A stretch of 64,000 nucleotides of DNA from Paraspadella gotoi (Eukaryota; Animalia; Chaetognatha). Numbering within the stretch: position 1 is the first letter of the stretch; every line of letters starts with the position of its first letter. Made by a program: the position numbers and the translations under genes. This document shows, one piece after another, positions 25,337-39,000 of the stretch. The notes under the pieces were generated by a model, which saw only the letters and a list, made by a program, of their open reading frames with translations, searched no databases and was not told the DNA's origin. The stretch spans positions 10,423,607 through 10,487,606 of the forward strand of contig CM119268.1 of NCBI GenBank assembly GCA_051294375.1. The letters are read 5' to 3'.

Positions 25337-28300
25337 ATGTCGAAAACTGTCGAAGAGCGAGATCAGGAAGAACGAAAAAATTCGAAGCGAAGATTTGACG
25401 GTGAGACGGCGACAAAGTCACGGACGTCAAAAGCGAAGACGAAATCATCGGAAAATGAAAAGGCGACGACTGACGCTGAGGAAACAAAACCAAAACGACT
25501 TTCCTTACATAAAAGTCTCGAATCCCAAAAGGTTCTAGGAAAAGTGAAGAGCGAAACGAAGGGAAGAAGTGAAAAATCAGAGCGAAAAAGCGAAGCTAAA
25601 AAATCCGGAATCGGCCTCGTCGCGACCGAAGACGCGAAGTCGGGGGAGGCGGAGCCGGCCAAAAGACGAGCGACTTCGAAAGCGAAAGAGACGAAGCCTA
25701 AATCCTCTCATCGATCTCTTCCGGCACCAACCTCCGCCGAGGATCCGGAATCTCTCAAACTCCGCGTCGACAAACGAAAAATATCTTCCGCCCCTAAATC
25801 CTCTTCCTCCAGTCCCGTCGTCAAACGTAAAGTCGTCTCCGCCAAGTCTGGCGTCAAGAATCTCTCCGCACGGAAAATCAAGCAAGCGACGCCGAGTAAA
25901 AGCGTCGCCGCCGAGGAAGATGACGATGACGACGACGATGATTTCGAAGAGGTGGAAGAAAATGAAAATCCGGAAGCCGTCGTCGCCGCCTTCGAAGGCC
26001 TGTCTAACGCTGTCGAGAAGACCGGCGAAAACGATGGCGGAGTGGAAATCACTCTCTCTGCCGAAGACCTGAAACGGGTCGCGACGAAAAAGCCGACGAG
26101 CAAGGAAGAGGATTGGGAAAAACATTTCGAATCCCTCGCGCGAAAACACAAAAAGGAAGTTAGGGAGGGAATTCACAATGTTCATCTGTTGTGTCTGATG
26201 GCCAGGTAAATTTGCTAATTCTTCCTTCGAGGAAAAAACCCGTTAATGGTCATAAGTCTATTTTTTCTCCCAAGAGGTTTTTACCTCTCAAGCCAGGCGT
26301 CGACCGACGACGCGCTAGCGACGGCGTTGTCCGTAATACCGCCAGATTTTTTGTCTCGCCGGATTGCCGACTACAATCCTTACCAACTCAGCCGCGTCTA
26401 CAACTGGTTCTCCCGGAAATTCAGACTAGAAGTGATTCTCCCTGTTAAATTTTATTGATATCTTTCGACATCAACTTTTCCTATGATCTCGATTCCAAGG
26501 TGCTTGAGCGCAACCCTTTCGAATTCCCCGTCGATGTGGCCGCCCACTTTGCCTCCAAGTCCGCTCCGACTCCCGAAGCCTTCATCATCGTTTTCCTGTC
26601 GATCCTCCGCTGCATAGGTTTCGACGCTCGACTTCTGATCTCGCTGGAACCGGTTCCGCTCAAGCCCATCGCTGGTAAGTGATCAAAATTCGAATATAGC
26701 GCAAAGCGGATTGCAGGCAAATCGTACGCCGCTTTTCCTGCAGAAAAGAAAAGCGGCGAAGAGGAGGCGAACGAAGGCGGTAAAAACCGCGGTGACACCA
26801 AAAACCGGAAATCAAAGGGTAAAACGGCGTCCAAAACGGGGACAACTTCGAAGCCGAGTCGAGGCAAAAAGGAGACTAGTCAAAAAGGTAGGTTTGATGG
26901 CTGCCATTGCTTTTGAGGCTTTGAGACAAGTTTTCTTTTCATTTCGACTTTATTTCTCTCAGTCGGTCCCGTCTCCAAAAATCGTGACAAAAAACCGGGT
27001 AAATCATCCACTTCGATCGAAGTGGATGAGATCTTTGACGACGGGGACGAAGAGGCCTCCTCAGGGGCCGAGAGCGACGTTGAAAGTAGGGAAGGGAACA
27101 ACGTTTGGGTCGAGGCGTTTTTGCCCTCTGACAGGTGCCATTCGTTCTCTTTATTTCCCTAAGAGTCCGATTGTGACCTTCAATTCCTTTTTTTCAGACG
27201 CTGGGTATCTATGGACCCCATTAATCGTTCATTTGATTCTCCGGCCGACTTGGAGAGCTCCTCGCCGTCAAAATTCCGCTACGTCGTCGGCTTCGGACCC
27301 GGGATGCGGCATGCCAAGGATCTCACTTGCAAGTATGCCGCCGCTTGGATGACGAACGCCTGTCGGAAGCGGAGGACTGATCCAGATTGGTGGTTAAGTG
27401 TTATGGAGGAATACAGGCAGGTAAAAAGGAGATTTTATGTGCGCTAGAGAGTTGATTAAAAATTCTTCTCTTCCCCCTCAACACGAAAGCCCGATCATCT
27501 AGAAGTCGAAGAAAACATGAAGATTCAACGCGAGTTGGTTTCGAAGCCGATGCCCGCATCCATCTCTGAGTTCAAGAATCATCCTCTCTTCGCTCTCCGT
27601 CGCCACCTTCTCAAATTCGAGGCAATCTATCCGGACGATCAGCGGCCCCTGGGCGTCGTCAAGGCGAGCGATGGTTCCGTAAACGCTTGGCCTCTTGTCC
27701 CTAATCTCATCGAAACCGATCCATAATTGCAGGGCGAGCCAGTTTTTCCTCGATCTTCCGTCAAAGAGTTGATGTCTCACTTTAAATGGCGGGAGAAAGC
27801 CCGGCTCGTTCGTCTCGAGGAGAAGCCTTACAAGGTGGGGATGTTTAAAGGAGGTTTTAAGCGAGGACGGGAGATAAATCTATCGTTTGTGCACAGATCG
27901 TCAAGGCGAGGCCGAGGTTTTTTCGTGTCGGTCCTGGTGAGTGGAAGAAGGAGGAAGAACCGAGGGTGAGTTCCAGTGTGTATAATAACTGTAACGTAAC
28001 GTATGTAACGTAACGTTGAAAAGGGGGAAAATCATTATTAAGATAGGTCATTGGGCATTTTCTTCCCTTTTCAAGGACCTCGAATTGTTTGGCAAGTGGC
28101 AAACAGAGCCCTATATTGCTCGACCCGTGGTGGATGGCAAAGTTCCCAGGAATGAGTACGGAAACGTAGAGCTCTTTAAAAAATCCATGTTGCCAGGAGG
28201 ATCGATTTATCTCGAAGGTTTGACAACGTGATTAATCCGGGCACGTTAGAATCTGATCGCTTCGAACGATTTTCTCCCACTAATTTTCGTCCTTTTTCGC

Positions 28301-29735
28301 CCAGGCATGCCTGGTCTCAATTCGGTGGCGGGAAAATTAGGCATCGATTGCGCCCCGGCGATGACTGGGTTCGATTTTCACGGAGGTCGCGCGCATCCTG
28401 TGCTTGGTTAGTGCTGATGTCTTTGTTTTTATCTTCTATTTCTACTCGAAGCCTTTTCGAACGGCAGAAGGGTGGGTCGTCGCCACGGAATTCGCGGAGA
28501 CGCTGACCGCTGCCTGGGATGAGGCGCAGTCAGCGAAGGCGGAGAAACAGAAGGAGAAGAAAATGAAAAGGGCGCTGGATAATTGGAGACTCTTGGTCAG
28601 GTCGGTGCTCCTATCAAAATTAACATTTTTAGGCTTTGTGGTACAAAATATGACTTTTCAGGGGTCTGTTTATTCGGGAGAAGTTGAATCGTCGATACAA
28701 AGATCCGACAGACGTGGCCACCGGTATTGTTTCAGTTGCTTCCAAAAAGTCGGGTAAAAAAGTTTTGAAGTTATGGCTCATTTGACATCAGAATGAATCT
28801 TGCGACGTCAACCGCTGGTAATTTTTTATCTCGCCAGACGGGCTACTTGGGCGAGATGTTAGTTCGCTTCTGCTTCTTCATGCCGTTGTCGTCGTTACGC
28901 TTTTTTTACAATTAGAAATTATAAAATTGTGTAATCATAGAAAGCTAAAAATTTAGATAGCTTTTCATCATCAAAATGTTTTTATATGTAAATTAGTATA
29001 TAGTATTATATTTTAATTTGCATTATGTAGTAAGTCATAATATTGAGGAAATTTATATAAAAAATATTTAAATCCATTTAAAATATAATAATTTAAAAGA
29101 TCGTGATGATATGAAGTTATATCTAAATTTTAATACAAATAAAAATACATATTTTAATAACTTCCAATTGTAAACAATTGTAATAATTTTTAATTGTAAA
29201 TTATGGTAATTTTTGTGGGGATTTTTTTTTTTTTTTTAAATCTTTCTCTTTCTCAGTTGCTGCCTTATCTGATTCGTTTAAAAACGAGTTGAGCTCTGCA
29301 GCGTTTGGACTCTCTCTTACTCATTCATACTCACATTTCTTTATTTTATTTACAATAAATGACTTAACGCATCAGTGAATGATTATCGCATAAATAATCA
29401 ATTATTATTACATCAATAATCAATTATTATTACATCAATAATCAATTACTATTACATCAATAATCAGTTATTATTACATCAATAATCAATTATTATTATA
29501 TCAATAATTTATTATTGTATCAATCATTTATTTCTTTTCCGGATTTTTTCAGTAATTTTCTTTGATAGTAACGTCTGGTGAGATCACAATACTTTTCAAA
29601 TTTTTTGGGTATTTTTCGCCAGGTGCCGGCGGCTCAAAACCCAAAGTCGACGAGAATCAGTGGATGACGTTGAAAAATCCACGTTTGGGAAAAGAGGAAA
29701 AAGACGGCGACCTTCTCCCTTTCGAGAGGTCATGA
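25337..29735 (+). CDS. XPC: DNA damage recognition factor XPC/Rad4 (multi-exon)
   Basis: [84 protein letters not shown] and a C-terminal LLPFERS. One GC-AG intron (27664-27732). Confidence 0.95.
29392..29525. repeat. 22-bp AT-rich minisatellite, ~6 copies, in the last XPC intron
   Basis: Tandem unit aataatcaattattattacatc. Confidence 0.9.
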
Positions 29736-30098
29736 AATACGGCATTATTTGCATCATTCAATTCGCTTCGATTTTTATTTTCGATTATTATTTCAACTCT
29801 TGGTTTTTACATTAAAAAATTCGAGCCATTTTTATATTTGATGGTTTTTTTTTAGGAAGTACGATAGAGCCCGGTTCGCGGCTCATCGCATATTTCTTTC
29901 TTTTTCCCCAAAAATTATTCTGCTCCTAAGACAAGAACAACCTTTTTTAAAACCTTTTTTGCCAACATTGTCTTAAATTACATTCCGGGTCTAAAAAGAA
30001 AAAAAACTAATTTGTTGAAACTTGACGCGAAAAATATCTGCTAACCAAAAAAATTAAAAAAAATAGAAAAAAATAGAAAAAAAAAATTTAAAAAAAAG

Positions 30099-33000
30099 AT
30101 GGAGAGGTTAACTTCTTCGCCCTCGTGCCGCACGACTGGATCCTTAATCTTGGAAGATGGGGTAACCTATGAAGGATATCTTTTCGGGGCCATTCCATCA
30201 TCTGGAGGCGTTGCTGGTGAAGTCGTCTTCCAAACTGGCATGGTGGGCTACGTGGAATCATTGACCGATCCGTCGTACAAACACCAGATACTAACTCTTA
30301 CTTACCCGTTGATCGGAAACTACGGAGTTCCGTCTATCGACGAAAAAGGTGAGTATAATGAATATTTATAAACTTTATTACTTTTTTGTTTAATTATTAT
30401 AACTTGGTTTTTATATTAAATAACATTAAAGAAAATTCTATTTGAAGTCGAGTCAAAAATACAAAGCCAAAGTTCAGATAATTGATTGTTTTACGCATCG
30501 TTACATCGTAATAAATCGTTAGTTTTTTCACTAATCAGATCAATGGGGTCTACCAAAGTGGTTCGAATCGAATTCCATCCATGTCTCGGCGCTGGTGGTG
30601 GGCGACTTGAGCGCCAAGTTCAGCCACTGGAACGCCGCTCAGTCACTCGACGCCTGGATGAAGGCAAAGGACGTCGTCGGAATCAGCGGCGTGGACACGC
30701 GCGCGCTCACTAAGAGAATCAGGGAAAATGTTCGTGCAAACCTAGTTATCACAATGGAGCATACGTATGGAATCGTCGTAGGTTTAAAATTATAATGCTA
30801 TTCTTAGGGTACCATGCTGGGAAAGATTCTGGTTTCCGGAACAGTTAAAGAAACGCCTTTCTTTGACCCCAACGCCTTGAACCTTCCGGCGCTGGTCTCC
30901 GTGGCGGCGCCGAAAATCTACAACCCCGACGCCGACATCCGCGTCGTTGTCGTCGATTGCGGTATAAAATTCAATCAGGTAAACATTAAAGAAATTACAG
31001 GCGATCAAACCCAGCAATTATCCTTGCTTATTTTTTATTTATTTTTTTGTCAGATTCGCTGTTTAGCTCGTCGCGGCGTTAGAGTTACCGTAGTCCCTTG
31101 GGACTATCCCCTTCGCTGGAGTGAAGACATCGACGGTGTGTTTCTCAGCAACGGCCCTGGTGATCCTAAACTCTGTCGTCAGACCATTGACAACCTTAAG
31201 AGCCTCATGGAGGCCGACGACCACCGGCCAATCTTCGGCATTTGCCTTGGACATCAATTGGTAACACAGATCATCTGTTTTTCAAAACTGATTGGGAGAA
31301 ACTAGGTCTTTGTCTTTGTCCGTTCGTCAGCTCTCGTTGGCCGCCGGGGCTTCCACGTTTAAAATGAAGTACGGGAACCGTGGTCATAATCAGCCCTGCC
31401 AATTCATGAAAACCAAAAGATGCTTCATCACCACTCAGAACCACGGGTACTAAGTTGTGGTTAATAATAATTGTTAATTTTCCAGTTTATCATTTTAATT
31501 GTACTTTAATTGTAGCTTAATGGCATACATATTCTACTAATCAGTTTCGCAGTGGACGCAAATTCCCTTCCCTCTGAATGGTCGCCCCTCTTCACCAACG
31601 CAAATGACTCGACCAACGAAGGGATCGTCCACCGCACCAAACCTTTCTTCTCCTGCCAATTTCACCCTGAGCACATGGCCGGTCCCAAAGACCTCGAATT
31701 CCTTTTCGACATCTTCGTCGACGCCTGCCGTAAATACAAGAGCGGAATGAGTAGGGATGCGAAACCGCTCTTCGACGAGCTCAGGGAAAGAGTCATCGGA
31801 TCACCTGAAGGTGAGGTTAACATTGTCTATAAAATAAAAATTATTTTGTCTTAATTAATATAATATTAAATATATATAAATTATATAAATACTATAACTA
31901 CTTCATTGATAGGGAAGCCAGGTACTCTGGGAGTGAATAAACGGGACTGTGAGAGAGTCTTGATTGAAAGCTTGCAAGGACCTGCTATGTCATTATCTTG
32001 TAAGAGTGATGGAGGCCTTAAACCACCAAAGCCTGTCCAAAGTCAGGGGCAAGATAGCTTATTTATTAAATGAATGGATAATTTTTATATTGGTTGTACC
32101 AATTTCATAATTAAGAGAGTGGTCTTTTCATACAATTGAAACATTCTTTGAAACATTATACACTTCATTGATAGGGAAGCCAGGTACTCTGGGAGTGAAT
32201 AAACAAGACTGTAAAAGAGTCTTGATTGAAAGCTTGCAGGGACCTGCTATGTCATTATCTTGTAAGAGTGATGGAGGCCTTAAACCACCAAAGACAGGGA
32301 CAAGATAGCTTATTTATTAAATGAATGGATGATTTTTATATTGGTTGTACCAATTTCATAAAAAGAAAAACCTACGGTATCCCTGGCAGACAATGTCGCA
32401 TCCATTCCTCTTCCGCGACCCAAGAAAGTATTGATTCTCGGCTCCGGCGGTCTCTGTATCGGACAAGCTGGAGAGTTCGATTACTCGGGAAGTCAGGCCA
32501 TCAAAGCACTCAAGGAAGAGAAAGTGAAGACTGTGCTGATTAACCCTAACATCGCTACGGTGCAGACCTCTAAGGGACTCGCCGACAAGATATATTTTCT
32601 GCCGATTACGCCGGAATACGTGAAACAAGTCATTGAGCACGAACGACCCGACGGCGTTCTGCTACAATTTGGAGGCCAAACGGCACTTAACTGCGGCGTC
32701 CAGTTGTTCAACGAAGGAGTTTTCGAAAATCTCTCCGTCGAAGTCTTGGGCACCAGCGTCGACGCCATCATGAGCACGGAAGACAGGTCTTTATGCGCGT
32801 TAAACGTAAAACTGTTTCAAGGTTAATGTTTTTCGTTTTATCTTACAGAAAAGTTTTCAATGCGAAGATGGAAGAAATAGGCGAACACGTGGCGCCCTCT
32901 GAGGCGGCATATTCGGTGGAGGAGGCGCTGGAAGCCGCTTCGAGAATCGGATATCCCGTTCTTTGTAGAGCCGCCTACGCTTTAGGTGATAGAATTATTG

Positions 33001-36000
33001 CCAGAAAATATTTTTTAATGTACCACAAGTAAATTACCATTGCGTTTGTACAGGCGGTCTCGGGTCCGGGTTTGCCGACGACGAAAAGTCCCTCGTCCGC
33101 CTTGTCACCGCCGCTTTTGCTCACACGTCCCAAGTTCTCGTGGATAAGTCTCTCCGCGGGTGGAAGGAGGTTGAATACGAGGTTCGTCGCCTTTACTTAA
33201 TCTAACAGAGGGATATGCAAATGAGATTGAGAAACTCAATCTCATTTCAGACAATTCACAAATTAATCTGCTACATTAATTTCTTCACATCCTCTTTTCG
33301 ATGGGATCCATCTGCACCTTTTCCCTTTGTTCGACGCAGGTGGTTCGCGACCGGACTGGGAATTGCATCACCGTCTGCAACATGGAAAATGTGGACCCCT
33401 TGGGGATTCACACGGGAGAATCTATTGTCGTTGCTCCGAGTCAGACTTTGTCCAACGAAGAGTACAACATGCTAAGGTGCGAAAGATAACAACGTTAATC
33501 AAAATTAAAAAAAAAATTATTGTTCAATGTTCACCCTCCCTACTTCTTAGATCAACGGCCATCAAGGTTATCAACCATCTTGGAATCGTCGGCGAATGCA
33601 ACATCCAATACGCTCTTAACCCTGCGAGCATGGAATACTTTATCATCGAGGTCAACGCCCGACTCTCGCGTTCTTCCGCTCTCGCCTCCAAAGCCACCGG
33701 ATATCCACTGGCCTACGTTGCCGCCAAGCTCTCCCTCGGGTAATCTGAAGAGTACGTTTTCTCTCATCACAAATTATTTATATTCTGATTCTTTTCCTTC
33801 AGTTATTCCCTCTCCGAGTTGACTAACTCTGTCACCATGGCAACCACCGCTTGCTTCGAGCCCAGCCTCGACTACTGCGTCGTCAAAATCCCTCGGTAAA
33901 AATTACTTATATGTTTTAGTATTTTACGCTTCGAAGATACTGAAGTATTGTTTAAAATATCTCGCAGATGGGATTTGAAAAAGTTCAATCGAGTCTGCCC
34001 GAAGATCGGTTCCTCCATGAAAAGCGTGGGCGAAGTGATGGCGATCGGGAGGCGCTTCGAGGAGGCCATGCAGAAAGCGTTGAGGATGGTCGACGACAAC
34101 CTTGGCTTCGACGCTGGCGACGTCGAGTTCAACGAGGAAGAGTTGACGGAACCCACGGATCAGGTGGGCTCTTGTTTAGGGTCGCTTTACGGTTGTACGT
34201 AATGACATAATTTTTGGATATAATTATTCGTCATTATTTATCAGCGCATGTTCGTACTTGCGGCCGCATTACGTCTTGGCTACACCATAGACGCCCTCTA
34301 CGAGATGACCAAGATCGACCACTGGTTCCTCCACAAGTTCGCCAACATCGTTGAAGCGCAAAATCGGCTCGAGCGCTTCGAGGGGGGCTTGGAAAGCCTC
34401 GATCGCGACACCATGCTCGAGTGCAAGAAGCTGGGATTCTCCGATCGGCAAATCGCCGTCGCACTCAAACAATCAGAAGCCAACGTTAGGGAAACTCGGG
34501 AGGTAATAGGAATTTAATTTTGTGCAAAATTGAAGCTTTGGGGGGACATGTGTGAAGCCCGGGGTGTGAGGCATCTCCCGACAGCTGGCGCTCAGGGCTT
34601 TGGAGTTTGGACCTGCAGTGACCACCCCATGTCACTGGCGTATTTGTTAGAGGAGGATAGTAGTGGGCGATTCCGGCGGGCGCCGGCCGGGCTTGGGAAG
34701 CACGAGACTCTCTAACGCGTAGACCACAATGTCAGTTAAAGAGCATTGGTTTCAAGTTTTGTACAATTACTTTTGCTTTTTCAAACCATTTTCAGGAAAT
34801 GAACGTCCGTCCTTCGGTGAAGCAGATCGACACTCTCGCGGCGGAGTGGCCGGCCAAAACCAACTACCTTTATCTCACGTACAATGCTGTCGAGAGCGAT
34901 GTCTCCTTTCCCGGAGGCGCCGTCATGGTGCTCGGCTCGGGAGTCTACAGGATCGGTTCCTCGGTTGAGTTCGATTACTGTGCCGTTCAATCCATCAAAG
35001 AACTGCGCAAACTCGGCCATTCCACGATCATGGTCAACTTCAATCCGGAGACCGTCTCCACCGACTACGACATGTGCGACCGACTCTACTTCGACGAGAT
35101 TTCTTTCGAGACGGTCATGGACATTTATAATTTCGAGGATCCAGAGGGGATCGTCCTATCCATGGGCGGTCAGCAGCCCAACAATATTGCCATGGCGTTG
35201 CATCGACACAAAGCTAGGTGAGTAGGAGCAATCAATACATCCGGATTTCGGTTCTTGCTGATGTAGACTTCTCGCCGTTATCCTTTAAGAATCCTGGGCA
35301 CTTCTCCCGAATCTATCGACAACGCGGAGAACCGCTTCAAGTTCTCACGCCTGTTGGACTCGATAGGTATAAGTCAACCGCTTTGGAAGGAGTTGACCAC
35401 TTTGGAGGCCGCCAATCTGTTCTGCGGAGACGTCGGGTTCCCTTGCCTCGTTCGACCCTCCTATGTTCTTTCTGGTAGGGTTACTCAATATTTGCATATT
35501 TTAATGCCGATTCACTATTTTTTTCGATTTTCGTTTAGGCGCGGCCATGAACGTGGCCCAATCGATGGAAGACTTGGAGTCATATCTCTCACAAGCGGCG
35601 ACAGTCTCTAAAGAATATCCCGTCGTCATTTCCAAGTTCATTCTCGACGCAAAAGAGATCGACGTTGATGCCGTAGCTATCGACGGGGAGGTTCGATAGA
35701 AAACTGCACTCTTTCATAGCCCTATTTTTCACTATATGTTATACTGCTTTCCTTTTCCAGGTTCTCTGCATGGCCGTGAGCGAGCACGTTGAGAATGCCG
35801 GCGTTCACAGCGGCGACGCAACTCTGGTGACGCCGCCTCAAGGTCTCAACGCGCAAACGATGAACAACATTCACGCGATCACCATCGCCATCGGCCGCGC
35901 GTTGAACGTCTCCGGCCCCTTCAATATGCAGCTCATCGCCAAGGACAACCAGTTAAAAGTCATCGAATGCAACCTCCGCGTCTCACGTTCGTTCCCTTTC

Positions 36001-39000
36001 GTCTCCAAGACTCTCGATTACGACTTCATCGGGGCCGCCACTCGCGTCATCATCGGTGCTCACGTGGAACCAAAGCCAGACGTAACTTCCGGCCACGGAA
36101 GAGTCGGCGTCAAGTGTCCGCAGTTCTCCTTTGCCCGTCTTAGGGGCGCTGACGTCTATTTGGGTTAGAAATCCGGAGGTCGGGAATACTGAAGTAAAAC
36201 AAGAGCTATACTTATTCCTGTTTTTTTTTCTCTCTCTTTCAGGCGTAGAAATGTCGTCGACGGGCGAAGTTGCGTGCTTCGGCGAGAATCGCTACGAGGC
36301 TTATCTTAAATCGCTTTTCTCCACCGGGTTTCACCTTCCCAACAAATCCATCCTTCTCTGCATCGGAAGCTACAAAGTAAAGAAGGAGCTTCTCGAGACG
36401 ATTCAGGTGAAAAGCTTTTTTCATTCATCTCTATTTTGCGGCCACGCGTGATTGGGATAGTCACATTTCTTTCACACTAACAGGTGTTGGCCACTATGGG
36501 TTTCGAGCTTTTCGGCTCAATGGGCACCGCCGACTTCTACCAGAGCCACGGCATAACCATCGAGGGAGTCGACTGGATGTTGGAGGACGACGGAAAGTTG
36601 CAGCCCAAATCCTCGTCGCGTCAAGGGTCACCGGCGGACGTGAGCAACAACAATGGTAACGGAATCGCGAGTCGCAAGGGTCGAGTAAGAAGCATCGCCG
36701 ATTCTATTATGGAGCAGGCTTTCGACATGGTGGTTAACATCCCTTTCCGTATCAACGGACCTCGCAGAGCGTCCAGCGTCGTCGTCACTCACGGCTACAA
36801 GACTCGCCGCATGGCAATTGACCACTCTCTCCCACTCTTTACCGACCCCAAGTGCTTCAAACTTTTTGTCCAAGCTCTGCGGTACACTAAAGGAAATCCA
36901 CCCAAATTGAACGTAGATACCGACTGTATGTCGTCCCGCCGCATAATACGCCTCCCGGGCATCATCGACGTCCACGTTCACATGCGTGAACCCGGCGACG
37001 TCCACAAGGAAGATTTTCAATCCGGCACGGCGGCAGCGCTGGCCGGAGGAGTTACCGCCGTTCTGGCAATGCCCAACACCAAGCCCGCCGTTGTCGACGC
37101 TACTTCCTTCGCTCTGGCCAGCAAACTGGCCGCCGAGAATGCCCGTTGCGATTACGCCCTATACCTTGGTGCGGCGGTAGAAAATTCTGCGGCTACTCTC
37201 AAGCTAGCTGACTCAGCGGCCGGGCTCAAGATGTATCTGAACGACACTTTTACCACTCTAAAGCTGGAGTCCACCGCTGACTGGATTCCTCACTTTGAAA
37301 ACTGGCCAAAACATCTCCCTCTCTGCGTTCACGCGGAGGCCCATACCCTCGGAGCGGCGCTGTTCCTCGCTCACGCGCACAACCGGCCGTTGCACGTTTG
37401 TCACGTGGCCAGAAAAGAGGAGATCCTTCTCATCCGCGCCGCCAAGGAAAAGGGCATGATGGTCACGTGCGAAGTGGCCCCGCACCACCTTTTCCTCACT
37501 AAGGAGGAAGCCGACGAAAGGGGATTGGGTCAGTTTCTTATTCGATTGGGAATTCTTTTGATTATTAAAGAAAGGCAAATTATCACCATCTCGTAACTCG
37601 ATTCCCAGGCAAGAAATCCGAAGTCCGTCCCATGCTGCAGAGGGACGAAGATCGCGAAGCGTTGTGGAGCAATATGGACATCATTGACGTTTTTGCCACC
37701 GACCACGCCCCTCATACTGTCGAGGAGAAGAGCGGAGACAATCCCCCTCCGGGTTAGTAATTGAGGTCGAAAAATGTAAACTGTTCCGAGTATTTCGGAC
37801 TCTCAACCTTTCATTTTCACGAAAAGGTTTCCCCGGTCTGGAGACAATGGTGCCGCTGCTTCTCAACGCAGTCAACGAGGAACGTCTCACCGTCGACGAC
37901 CTCATTGCTCGTCTCCACACCAACCCCAAGAACATTTTTTCGTTACCGGACCAACTCGACACTTACGTCGAGATTGACATGGACGAGGAATGGGTCATTC
38001 CGGACAAAGGCTTTTCCAAAGGTTACCTGGATGTTTATTATAAAAGCCAGATGATTGTTTTATATAATTTCTTTTGTCGGTTGACTTCCATCCCGTTTCT
38101 CACCAGCTTCCTGGACGCCCTTCGCTGGCATGAAAGTTAAGGGAAAAGTGATCCGGACGATTCTTCGTGGGGAAGTTGCGTTTCTTGAGGGAGAAGTCCT
38201 CTCTGCTCCTGGAAAGGGAATCAACCTCCGTCAGATTCCCTACGTCAAGAATCGAAGTTCCAACGCGGTAAGAATTTAAAATTAAAATCGATCAGTGCAT
38301 ATAGGTAAATCTTATAAGCATATAAACTTCAATTATTCTTTTGAAAAGTTAAAATGCTTCAAATATTTTGACTAGGTCCCAGAGATTTCCATGACGACCG
38401 AAAACCTATCCCCGATAAAAACTTCGTCCGCCCTTAAGTCGCCAGGTCTTCTTAACGGAGAGACGCCGTCTCTTCGTTATGACTCAACCTTCGCCTCGGC
38501 ATCGCGCCGTCGGCAAAAGTCGGAATGCCTCGACATCAGGCCTTTGGGTAAGTCAGCCTTTTTTAGAAAGCTTTCCCCGTGTAGATGTTTTTAAACTTTG
38601 TATTTTGTATGTATGTAGGTGAAACCGCCTCTCCAATCATGAATCTGGAACAAGAAATCAATATTCTCCGTTCTCATCCATCGGCGCAACCGCCGCAACA
38701 GTCTTTCAAGATTCCCGGCATCACTGGTCACCACGTGATTTCTGTGGCCGAGTTTGGTCGCGATCAATTGCATTCGCTGTTCAATCTCGCGCACGACTTT
38801 CGATTGTCCATCAGGAAGGTACGATTTTACAACTGAGTGGCTTTGAACATGGAGCGTTATACACTGCGGCGCAAAAAAAAATTAGCCACTAGGTAGCATT
38901 AAATATACCACTATTTCTTTTTTAATTTTGAGAAAATATACATACAATTGAAACATTCTTTGAAATATTATACCACCTTCATTGATAGGGAAGCCAGGTA

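Noticed and set aside
25363-26185. Long antisense and alternative-frame ORFs over XPC (similar ones lie over CAD, RagA and AMPK)
   Set aside because: Shadow ORFs of GC-rich coding exons with no independent domain evidence.
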